In this document: positions 50,871 through 61,649 of the stretch, in pieces
Position numbering within the stretch: position 1 is the first letter of the stretch
Layout of the letters: each line of letters starts with the position of its first letter
Source: Felis catus
Lineage: Eukaryota
Length of the DNA stretch: 64,000 bases
Reading direction: 5' to 3'
Assembly (NCBI RefSeq): GCF_018350175.1
Contig: NC_058368.1
Location: 236,098,001 to 236,162,000, forward strand
The notes under the pieces: model-generated
What the model saw: the letters and a program-made list of their open reading frames with translations, nothing else
What the model was told of the DNA's origin: nothing
The model's database searches: none
Made by a program: the position numbers and the translations under genes

Positions 50871-52967
50871 AGGAAAACGGGGTCTCGGGGTCCCCGGCCT
50901 CGGGTACCTGAAGCGAAGATTCCTGGGCTTGGTTTCTTTCCGCTCTTTTTCTACTGTGCTTCCTCATTCTTATGCATTTAGCATAAAAATAAAACAGATC
51001 TGTGGTCAGAAGAAGATTGACTAGTTCAAGACCCGTGCGAGCTGGGTGAGTGGCCCTCTTCCCTTGGTCCAGCTGCCGTGTGCAGTGGAGTGCCTGGCTT
51101 CCGAAAGGTCGTGGCGAGATAATATCAGACCATTTGCGGTTTTCTATGGCTGTTCTGCAGAAGCAAGAAACAGAAAATGTTGTTACTGACCTCACCAGCC
51201 AGGGCTTGATAGAAACAAATTGAAATATTGGCATCGATAAACCAACACTGCTTTAAATGAATATCCTCAATAAATTCTTCTGGCTTCTTTGATTTATAAA
51301 AATCAATAACCCCAGCGTTAAGTAAACCGATGTCTGTGACCACGTGCCTGGACAACCTTGCATTGTAACAGTTGGATATGGCACACCTCATTCACTGGAT
51401 ATTTGGGGGAATCGACGTTCTTCAAACGAACCAGAGAGAGTGCCAGGAAATAACACCCCGGCAAACAAAAACAGGGCCAATTTTATTTTTTGGCTTCATT
51501 TTCTAGGTTGCTAGCGTGAAGCTGTTGGGAGAATCGTAAGGGACCGAAGTGAGAATGCAACTGAATAGTAATCACCTGTGCCACCGATATAACTCTCCTT
51601 TATTGGAGCCGGGGGGTGGGGGGGGTGGGTTCTTCAGTCAGTGGTTGTTGTTAAAACGAGAAGTATACCTGTCGTTTCATGTATGGGAGTATCTATATAT
51701 TTTTAGATATATGTGTATATTTAACGATTTCAATAGAATACAATTACATTCATCAAATGTTATGTATCGCTTGGCGTGTCTGACTTAAGGGGGTCACAGC
51801 CTGCACCTGAGCCCCACGGGCAGACCCACCTGCCTGACCTAGACCCTGTGGCCGCGATGACGCCCCCGTAGCACATCCTTAGTCTCAGACACCCAGCTTC
51901 CGCTGATCCTAGATTGTGGCATTTTCCTGTCATCTTACCTTTTCTTCAAATTTGAGTAGCTCCAAATTGTCCACTCGGCTCGAATTTGACCCCAGAGGAG
52001 CACCCGGTCACAGGCCTGCAGTCACACAAGCTAAGCTCAGCTCCACGAAGGGGGAGCCCGGACGAGCTCGCCTTTTTCCTGCAGCTCGGCCCCCGCCTGG
52101 CCTTCCTCCGAGCCGCTGATGGTGTGCCGGTCGAGTGGCACATCTGTCCCCACTGACCTAGGTCCACACCCTCACCTTCAGTTTCGACCTCACGCCCTCA
52201 AAGCAGGAGCTGCCACTCTGACCTCATCAAGTCAATTTCACGTTTTCTCTCCAACCTTCTTTGCCCCATCATGTCACACACGTTCCTCACTGTTCCCTCG
52301 GCCAGTGGAGATGACCGCTTAACGAATGTCCTATTTCCCAGCCCCGCCTCCCCATCTACCCCGACTGGAGCAAATGCGTCTCATTTCCTCCCTCCGCCAC
52401 CAAAGTGCTATAATTCAAGTAAATCCTTGGTGAGGCCACGCGGAGGTCTGCGATCTCCCAGCTCTTCACACTGTCAGTGGGAGCGAGTCCAAATCCCTCA
52501 CGTGTCCCATGTGCCACACGTCACCCGGACTCGCGGGCATCTCTGACGCGTGGCCCGTCTCTCCCGCCCCGGCCCTCACCTGTAGCTTCCCTCAGCGACA
52601 CAGGCGTAAGACCCCGGCAGTGGCTCCTTTTACCAGGGACCCGCTCTTCTCTCCCTCTGAATTCCCTGGCCCTAGAACCCAGCCTGGTACGCGAAGGGCC
52701 CGACCCGTGTTTTCCGAGAGCTGTGCCGTTTCACTAAAATGAACTCAGTGAAGGTGGCGGGTGCGGGACTACCCTTGGCGAGTGGAAAATAAGTCGGTGG
52801 CGGCCAGCGTGACTTGCCCCTGCCCACTGACTGGACCCCTTGCTATCTAAGGCTCCGGGAAGGACAGGAAGGCTGCTGGCACGGAAAGAAAGCAGCAGGT
52901 GGTGTGAAAAGGGTGTCTAAGCACACTTTTGTGCTCACTCAAACTTTTTCTCTTTGTCCTTCATCAG

Positions 52968-53124
52968 AAAGGAACCAGAGCTAGAGTTAAAAGGTCAAAA
53001 CGTAAAGACAAGCCCCGTCAACTCGACAACATATGAATTATTCACAGGATGCATGAGCCAAGCCGAGATGCCCAGAGATACGGTTTTCACAGCCAACGAT
53101 CAGGAAAAAGGACTACACCTTGTG
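52968..53124 (+). CDS. C10orf90: Internal 157-bp exon encoding KEPELELKGQNVKTSPVNSTTYELFTGCMSQAEMPRDTVFTANDQEKGLHLV; probably an upstream exon of the long C10orf90/FATS isoform
   Basis: Branch point ctcAc (52934-52938), pyrimidine tract tttttctctttgtccttcatcAG, donor GTG|GTAAGT (53125-53130); only one of three frames is open. Gene identity is from recalled sequence similarity and is unverified. Confidence 0.65.
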
Positions 53125-53241
53125 GTAAGTACGGGCACCATTGCTCACGTGACATGCCCACTGAACTCAATTAATTTCACACAGGGTTGTTTTTATTCTC
53201 CTGAGCCCAGCCACCCACCCAGTGCCCCCCACAACCCTGGG

Positions 53242-53243
<2 letters not shown>

Positions 53244-53272
<29 letters not shown>
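53244..53272. repeat. (CA)n microsatellite
   Basis: Read directly. Confidence 0.95.
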
Positions 53273-53274
<2 letters not shown>

Positions 53275-53832
53275 GCATAGCCCTCTACCACTGGCGTAAG
53301 GGGGTGACTGTTCTCTGTGACAGGATTCCACCTAGGATGCCATCTGATTGCTGGTCCTGTCTCCTGAGGCTCTGCTTGGCCCTGACAGTTTCTCAGCCTT
53401 TCCTTGTTTTTGATCACCATTCTGAGGAGTACCGGTCATTTGTAAGATGTCCCTCAGCTGGGACTAGTCCGATGTCTGGCTCACGACTAGGCTGGGGTCA
53501 TGCGTTTCAGGAGAAAGGCCACAAAGGCCACGAAGTATTCGCACCACGGGGGACGGAAGGCGTGTGCTGTCGATACGCTCGCCACGATTGATGTTGACCT
53601 TGATTTCCTCGCTTGGCTGATGTTCTCAGGTTTCTCCACTGCAAAGCTACTCTTCCTCTTCTGGGCATTGTGCTCCTCGAGAGGGAGCGAATGCAAAACC
53701 CAGACGGAAGTGTGTGGGGATAGGGCCCGCCTCCCGGAGGGCCAAGGGCCCACATAAAGTCTTCCGCACAGGACATTCACATCCGCCCGCGTGTGTTTAC
53801 TTATTTCATCATTGACTTACATCAGCGTCAAC

Positions 53833-54208
53833 CTGTCACGATCGACCATTTGTGCCCCCCAAATTCATGTGTTGAAACCTCACCCTCCAGTGTGATGGTG
53901 GTAGGAGGGGTCTTTGGGAGGGGCTTAGGGTCAGATTAGTTCACAAGGATGGGGCCCTGGGAACGGGATCCGTGCCCTCCGAATCGGGAGCAGCCTGCCT
54001 TCCCTCCCCACTGTCTCCTCCTTAAGGACAAAGTAGAAGTGGGTTCTGCCATCTGGCTGAGGGCTCTCAGCAGAACCCCACCGCCCCCCCCACCCCAGCC
54101 GGCACCCTGACCTTGGACGGCTAGCCTCCAGCAGAGTGGAAATAATGGCTGTTGTCCAGGCCACCCAGTCCATAGGTTCTTCTCTAGCAGCTCAAACTGC
54201 CCCAACTC
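53833..54208 (+). mobile_element. MaLR solo LTR (MLT1A/B-like)
   Basis: tgtgccccccaaattcatgtgttgaaacct...ggcaccctgaccttggac...agcctccag...ccacccagtc...tagcagctcaaactg. Confidence 0.85.
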
Positions 54209-54370
54209 TATTAGGGACCTTGTCGCTGAAACTGTTAACAGCTTTGGCCACGGGGCACCCTTCACGTGGCTCCTGTGTCTTTTTGACACATCCCTCATCA
54301 TCATGGGGGTTGTTTCCGTTTGTGCGTTAGTCCTTAGCGCTTCCACGCCTTCTGGCAGTAGCGTATGCAC

Positions 54371-54409
<39 letters not shown>
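54371..54409. repeat. (TG)n(CG)n alternating purine-pyrimidine tract
   Basis: Read directly. Confidence 0.92.
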
Positions 54410-55304
54410 CTCCTTTCGGCCCTGGGCCTCAAATCAGCCCAGGCTCTTCTCACTGGGAAACACGTTAGACTCCGAGACCCGAGAGCCTTGGCGGGGCTGC
54501 TCCCAGGCCCTCCCGGCTGACCCGCACGAAGGTGCGTGTGCGCGAGCTCACGCGTGGGACGTTCCCACGTGGAACCATCTGTACCTGTGTGAGTCCAAGC
54601 AAGAATTCATACCAACGCCCGTCTCCAACCAGTCCTCACCTGGGTTCCTCAGATCGCCTTCCTCTCTTGCCTCCGCTGTCACCACCCGTCACCGCCTGTC
54701 ACCACCTGCCGTCTACTGCTCGTCTCTTCATTCGCGGTGGCACCGGCAGAACTGCTAACCCTCCCCGGCGACCACACGGCGGGAGGAAAGTGCTGGCGTA
54801 GCTCGCTCTGCTGGTACCTGCACACACTGGCCTCGCTGCCAGTCACTCAGGCCTCTGTCTCCGTGCAGCCCTTCCGGGGAGTGTGATCCACGCGTTGTGT
54901 GGCACACGGCCAGCTTGGCACGTGTGTGCCGGGGCCCCTGACACCTTAAATGATTGTTTGTTTTAATTTTCATGTACAGCGATTCACTTTTTGTGCTCTC
55001 AGGTTCTATGGGGTTTGACAAAAGCATCGGATCTTCCCCACGAGACGTTCCTTCCATAAACCCACGGAAGCATGGGAATCCTTCTCAGACCCAGGCCGCC
55101 AGGAGCTTCTCACCCACTGACTTCCTAGGTCTTAGCAATTGATCAGAATTATGACTTAAGTGCCCTACAGTTGACCAGGCCGCTGTCACCCCAGGGGAAA
55201 CAGATCACAGCTGGGGTGATCTTAGCTTTGCCCGCCTCCTGATCTCAAAGCGGGGACTTGGCCAGCACCCTCCGTGCCTTTCCATATTCATTCTGTTCAA
55301 TTCT

Positions 55305-55526
55305 TTATTCTTTCTTTTTTTAATGCGTACTTATTTTTGAGAGAAAGAGACAGAGACAGAGACAGAACGCAAGTGGGTGAGGGGCAGAGAGACAGGAGAC
55401 AGAAGATCCGAAGCTGGCTCCGTGCAGGGGGAAGAGATCTCGACGGGAGGCTCAAACTCATGAACCCGTGAGATCATGACCTGAGCCAAAGTCGGATGCT
55501 TAACCGACTGAGCCATCCAGGCGCCT
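55305..55526 (-). mobile_element. CanSINE
   Basis: T tail, (GA/GACA)n, head ending gagccatccaggcgcc. Confidence 0.9.
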
Positions 55527-55529
55527 GCC

Positions 55530-57290
55530 ATCCTCCATTTTTATACACTCTTTGCCTGTCTGAGCTCAACCTGGAATTCTTACCTGTATTTCTGGAGGAG
55601 AATTTTGCGGATATGGAATTTAACGTTAGACAAGGTTTTCCTCCCCCGTTTAGCTCTTGGATATGCCATCCTGCTGCCCTCTGGTCTCTTGTCTCTGAGA
55701 AGTTAGCTGTTGATTGTCTCACTGTTCTGCTCAGGACGCGCTTCCCCCATGCCGAGTTCAAGATTTTCTCTCTGCCTTCAGTTTTGAGCAGTTTTGCTGG
55801 ATGTGTCTGGGTGTGGGCCCTGCTTGCAGCGCGTTGAGATCTTTTTCCCGCTTTGTCCCCTGCAGTGGTGCTCCCTGTGCAGCCGCTCTCTCTCTCCGTC
55901 TCTCTCATTCCCTTCTGGGGCTCCCGCCTTCTGTCCCACACCCCCATGTGCCTCTGCCCCGCGGATTCCTGAGACCCATCATTCTCCTCCGTGCGCTTTC
56001 TTTCCATTCTTCCAGGTTGATCATTTATATCGCTAGATCATGAATTTCATTGAGATTTCCTTCAGACAGCTTAAATTTATTGGACTCTTCAACTCCACAA
56101 TATGCATATCATTATTTTTTTTTTTAGAATGTGTGCCTTTTTATTGACATTTTCTATTTGATGAGTCAGTGTCATAAATTTGCTTTAATTCCTTAAAAAT
56201 GTTTTTTTTTCCAATTTTTAAAAACATGTTTACAATGTGGTTTAAAGTCTTTTTCTAAGTCCAACATCTGGATCTCCTCAGAGAAACTTTCTATTGACTG
56301 TAATGCTTTCCTGTTACTTTGCTTGTCCCATCATGGTTTTAATTGCATAATTTAGGGAAGAGTGTCATAATTCTGGATCCTTGCCTCACCCTGGGATCCA
56401 CTTTTATCCTCCCCGGGAATCGTCTCTGTTGCTGTTTTTCCTTTATTTAATTAATATGTTACTTGGGTATGTTCTGTGAAGCCTGTCTCTCCAGCGGTGG
56501 GCATCCACTGACATCTCTGCTGAGTTTTTACTCTTTACTTCCTGTTTTTATTCTTAATTTTGGTTCTAATTTAATTTGGGGGTCACATCACGTCAGCAGA
56601 GCGAAACGTTCCACCAATCGTTTGTCAGGGTGTTTGTTCAAACACCTTGAATCAATACGACTTAGGGGATTTGCTGACAGGGCTGTGTGTGCCTTGGAAA
56701 GCACATGCAAAGCCAGCTGTTTGCAAGGCTTCCTTGGCTTTTACTTGACCCTGGACCTGTCCGGGCCACAGAGTTATGTGGGAGCTTATAAAGCTTATAC
56801 GCTTATAAAGCCCCCCCCCCCACCCGCCTCCCATGGCTGTCTCTTTCCCTGTATCTTCCAGCTACATTTCTGGCTGGTCTGCCAGTGTGTTCCTTGTCTC
56901 ACTCGGGACCCCAAGCTGAGACCACCTGTAACTTTGGTCTCCCCATTCACAGGACACTCAGAAGGCTCCCGCTTCCAGCAACTACTATGCACTTGGGGTT
57001 TTCTGTGCTCTATCCCAGATCAAGTCAGTTCCCTCCAGAAGCAACGCTGTTGCGTTCACAGCTTGCATTTGCTCTTGAAAAGCAACTGGTGCATCGAGGG
57101 TGGGTTGAGAGCGTCCTTAGACGAAAACGCCAACGTTCCACTGTTTGTCCAAGTTGGATATTCTCCCTTGAATCAACGCTTATTAATTTTTGAACTATCT
57201 TTGGCCAATGTCTAGAGTTCTAAAACGATGGATTTTGACAATTTTGTCCAATATGATTATTGACTGGGACAGAAGATTCACTGAGCTCTT
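55530..57290 (-). mobile_element. Old L1 5' portion with ORF1p relic
   Basis: ORF 55474..56007(-) contains AKLLKTEGREKILNSAWGKR...RQSTANFSET...SAKFSSRNTG, matching the L1 ORF1p motifs KEKILKAAREK...RLTADFSxET...PAKLSF. Confidence 0.8.
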
Positions 57291-58445
57291 AAGTTTATTA
57301 AAATTAGTTCTCCTCCCCAACTCATTGCATTAAGTAGACTCTGGGAAATGGGTTTTCTAGTGTGCCCCAATCATTTTCAAAGATTAAGGGAAACTTACCT
57401 GCTGGCTTATTCTACTTGTTTCTGTGCGGCTAAAACAAAACACTTATATCCCGACTGTAAACGTTGGAAATTTATACATTCGAAAGCTTTCCTAAGTGTC
57501 TCTTAAAGTTTCCCTGTCACCTCCCCCACTGCCATTTTTTAAAAAGACCAATTGAAATATAATAGAGGTGCTGAGAAGATTTGCTATAATCTTCTCTTGC
57601 CCAGTTTTGCAGTCCAAGTAAAGCTACTTTAAAGTCCTTTTACATTCCTGAATGGAGATGAACTGATTAAGAAAATCCGTGGAGAGAGCCACACTGCGGG
57701 CTTATGTGAATGTTGGAAGCTGCACATGTAGAATCTTACGGAGAAGCTCACCCTTCCAGCTTCATTTGGGACCCGCGTCTGTGCCTGGAAGAATGATCGC
57801 TATTAAAAGGTCCACCATAAGCTACAGACAGACCACGGATCAGGGCATATTTGAAAAATTTTGAAAGCTAATCCTCTGTGTTTCTATTCAAGATAATAAA
57901 TACAGATTTTAAGTTATTTAGATATACTTTTGAAATCAAATTCTGCAAGAGTTACTTATTATGCTAAAAGGCATACTTTTGTTAATTCAATTGAAACATT
58001 TGAAAAAGCATATATTCACTCTATAGAGAGGAAGTCATATTATACAATATGCTTGCAAGAAAAATAATAATTTCCTTATGAATGTTATTTGGAATGTCAA
58101 AGCTGCAGACATCATCTTTTTATATATAACTTCATGGCTGAGTTCATCTGTTTGAAGGAATAGGGTAACATCGAAATTCCCAGGATAGGCCCAAATACTC
58201 AGTTGAAACAAATGTTTCTGACACTGTCTTTCTGTGTCTCTATCATCACTTCAAGCTTTTTTTTTTTTAAAGAAGAGGTACATTAGAATCCCCACTAAAA
58301 ATAATTCCATATCTCTTCACAATTACATCCTCCAAAAGAACAGAATGTTCAAATTCATTGTTCAATAATCACTAGATAGTTAATAAATTACAATTTCTGT
58401 CTCAAAATTTTTGTAAGAGCTATTCCTTTAAAATACGTTTCGCCT

Positions 58446-58675
58446 GGGGCACCTGGGTGGCGCAGTCGGTTAAGCGTCCGACTTCAGCCAGGTCACGATC
58501 TCGCGGTCCCTGAGTTCGAGCCCCGCGTCGGGCTCTGGGCTGATGGCTCGGAGCCTGGAGCCTGTTTCCGATTCTGTGTCTCCCTCTCTCTCTCTGCCCC
58601 TCCCCCGTTCATGCTCTGTCTCTCTCTGTCCCAAAAATAAATTTAAAAAAAAACGTTGAAAAAAAAATTAAAAAA
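58446..58675 (+). mobile_element. Young felid CanSINE (SINEC_Fc-type)
   Basis: TSD aaaatacgtttc(g/a)cct. Confidence 0.96.
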
Positions 58676-59132
58676 AAAATACGTTTCACCTGAAAATCTT
58701 GCCGACAATTGTTCTATCACACTCAGTTTATGAATGGTGGAAATCCCAAGGACTTTTTACTGAAATCACTCGTGGGATGTAGTTTAAAAATCTCAACACT
58801 GATGGTTAAATGCTATCCTTTTTTTGGTTATTTTCTGCTTCTTGAAAAAGAGAGGGACGCATTTTATTCTGCTTTTTAAAATCAGGTAAATGTAAACCAC
58901 ATGACAGTCTAAGAGAAAAAGCGTATAAATAATCAACTGGGCATTTGCATTCATACTTGGTTCCTCTAAGTTTTGTCCATATTTCTGAGGATTATTTCAC
59001 TCAGACTCATGTCGATTTCGGTAAACAGAATTCATCTGACAAACTTATCAGAATCGTTCTCCCCACTAGGTAAGGGGAGGCCGCGGCATTTAAGGGAGCG
59101 TGGGGCGAATAAGGCGTGTGTGAGGGCATTAA

Positions 59133-60175
59133 TTCATTTAAAGCCCACTTAATGCCTCTGTTTTAGTTGCATTGGATGTATAGGGCACTGGGCTCAATGT
59201 CTGGGACAGAGAAATAAGGGAAATATGAAACCTGCCCACAACTACCTCAAGGTGTGGCAAGCAAAAACAAAAACAAAGAAACACAAACAAAAACAAAAAA
59301 ACAAAACAAAGCAAAAAAACAAAACCAAAACCAAAACCCAAAAACCAAAAACCAAAAATCAAACCAAACCAAAAAAAGAAAACAAAGCAGTTTGGTGATG
59401 TGTGATGCTGATCTGTAAGTGCCCGGAGAAAGGCAAGCCCAGGACACCCAGGAAAGGAGTCCCCTTGAGTATCCTGGGGGACCAGTGACCCTGGAGGTGT
59501 ATAAAGGCTGAAAGGCACAGGTGGTGCAGGCAGTAAAAAATATGTGTGCAAATACACAAGATTACTTAGGCCTTCTGGGAAAGTGCAAGTGGCTTCTCTT
59601 AGCTGGAGATGGGGGCTGAGGAGAGACGAATCCCAAAAGGCAACTCGACCATGGACATGGTACGCACTGTTAACACATTGAAGGTGTCTGGCCATCGCCC
59701 TCGAGATAAGGTGGGGTGCTGCTGAAGGGTTCTTCAGCGGGGGAGCAACATGATGGGAACATCGGGGGTGAAACAGTAACGCCGTCCAGGGAACCGGGCA
59801 CGTGATAGGGCCGTATTTGAGCAGGCGTCGCAAAACCGTGCCTGACCAGCCGAAGGAACACCGAGGAGCGTCCAGATGGGAGACGGAACTTGGAGGTGCT
59901 TTCGAATGAGACTCCCAGGTGGCTACTCACGTTGGGACGTTGAGAAAGACAGCGTGGTCCAGGAGGATGCTCACGCTTCTTTCCCAGCGACGGGCTAGAA
60001 AGTCACAGAGGTGGCGACCACAGTGGCAGGAACGAGGCCCGGAGTGTGATATCAGAGTGAAGTAAGCTGAGAGCATGCCCGCTCACGAAAATACTGAGTT
60101 TGGGGAGGTTCTGACAAGGATTTAGAAACAGAGGGCCAGGACGCACGATGATATTTAAGTCGAGGTTAAAATTAT
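59133..60175 (-). mobile_element. L2 fragment with an inserted (CAAAA)n-like tract
   Basis: attcattt terminus, tatagggcactgggct..., ctgaagggttcttcagc..., atgagactcccaggtggcta. Confidence 0.6.
59262..59387. repeat. Degenerate (CAAAA/CCAAAA)n A-rich repeat
   Basis: Read directly. Confidence 0.92.
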
Positions 60176-60263
60176 GATTCAACGGAGAATACCGGTCATA
60201 GCTAAATACATCTGAACATAGTAAAGTATTTCACTAAGAAGAAGAGAAAAAAAAAGTAATATT

Positions 60264-60777
60264 TGCCATAGGTGTTCTCTAATAATGGTCCCCAATACCT
60301 CAACCTCCTGGTTTTCATGGCCTTGTATAATACCCTCCTCTCGTGACTTGCTTCTAACCAATACAAGGTGGCAAGGTTGAGGGGCTGCCCTATCCTGATT
60401 AACAAAATACTCTAACAAAATACTGTTCCTGTCTTCTTGCTAGCAGACTGGCCTTCTTGACTTCTAGGCTTCCGCCATATTGGGAGTCCAAGGTGAAAAA
60501 AAACTAAGGGTGGCCCTCAGTCCAACAGCCATCAAGGAACTGAATTCTACCGACAGCCATTCCAACTTGGAAACAGATCCTTCCCCAGTTAAGTGTTCAG
60601 ATGAGACCTCGGTTTCAGCCAACACCTGACTGCAGCCTTTTGGGAAACTGAGAGACAGGAAGCGACGAGGTCGTGCCCATATTCCTGACCCACAACCTGT
60701 AAGATAAATACACGGGTGCCATTTGAGGCTGCCAAATTTTGGAACAATTTGTTCTTCATCATTAGATGACTAATGCA
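60264..60777 (+). mobile_element. MaLR solo LTR (MLT1E-like)
   Basis: gtgacttgcttctaaccaata...caacagccatcaaggaactgaattct...cttggaaacagatccttccccag...attcctgacccaca...agatgactaatgca. Confidence 0.85.
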
Positions 60778-60972
60778 GGGTTTAACGCCACATTAGACAA
60801 AGAATAAAAAAATGTGTAATACAGTTTTCAAGAATGAGCCAAGAAGTAGGAAGAGAATCAAGAGAACATGCTCTTTGTGACATGGCGGAAGAAGGTAGTT
60901 CAAGGAGAAAGTAACAGGTTTGATATTAGAGAAAAGCCAAGTGAGTGGGAACTGAAAATTAACCACGGAGGG

Positions 60973-61068
60973 TCTTTAACTTAATAAGGAGGGTATTTTT
61001 ACCTGCTTTCAAGTGTCACATCTTTAACTTAATAAGGAGGGTATTTTTACCTGCTTTCAAGTGTCACA
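60973..61068. repeat. Perfect 48-bp tandem duplication
   Basis: tctttaacttaataaggagggtatttttacctgctttcaagtgtcaca at 60973-61020 and 61021-61068. Confidence 0.97.
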
Positions 61069-61421
61069 GAGGTGGTGATCTCAGTTAAAAGAAGAATGAG
61101 ATTATGGGGAAAGAAGGACTAGGAAGACCAGGGTGTGAAAACTGAAAGGTGGGAAAATGAGTGAGAGCTGTTCTCGGGGATAATTAGGATTAAGAGGGGA
61201 ATTACCTAGCAGAGGTCAAGTTGAGAAGGAGCCTATTTAGTCAAGAACGTTGCTACAGAGTGCTTAGTGTAAGAGCATTGCTAGCGTGTTTGAAAACATT
61301 GATTCAAAAAAACCCCACAATTGTTGGAGCAGACAGACCATTCCAGATTGGAATGGAAGGAAAGTCGTGCGGGGATCTCTGGCCAACGAATCACGGGGGG
61401 TCCTGAAGAAATGGCACCCGA

Positions 61422-61649
61422 GGGGCGCCGGGGTGGCTCAGTCGGTTAAGCGACCGACTTCGGCTCAGGTCACGATCTCGCGGTATGTGGGTTCGAGCCC
61501 CGCGTCGGGCTCTGTGCCTGACAGCTCAGAGCCTGGAGCCTGCTTCGGATTCTGTGTCTCCCTCTCTCTCTGCCCCTCCCCTGTTCATGCTCTGTCTCTC
61601 TCTGTCCCAAAAATAAACGTTAAAAAAATTAAAAAAAAAAAAAAAAAAA
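61422..61649 (+). mobile_element. CanSINE (recent, long poly(A))
   Basis: Perfect 15-bp TSD aagaaatggcacccg. Confidence 0.96.

Larger units (their letters stand above)
53290..55060 (-). mobile_element. L1MC/MD-type 3'UTR, interrupted by an MLT1 LTR
   Basis: tgacagtttctcagcctttccttgtttttgatcacc...tgatgttgaccttgat...ggtttctccactgcaaagctact. Confidence 0.75.

Noticed and set aside
51125..51391. Protein-looking minus-strand ORF (…DFYKSKKPEEFIEDIHLK…)
   Set aside because: Short, unrecognised, antisense to the inferred gene, and without a clear acceptor.
56463..57215. Longest ORF (250 aa, +)
   Set aside because: Non-ATG start, lies antisense within an old L1 5' region, no recognisable domain.
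59138..59833. 231-aa minus-strand ORF with a Phe-rich, TM-like stretch
   Set aside because: The hydrophobic stretch is the (CAAAA)n repeat read antisense inside an L2 relic.
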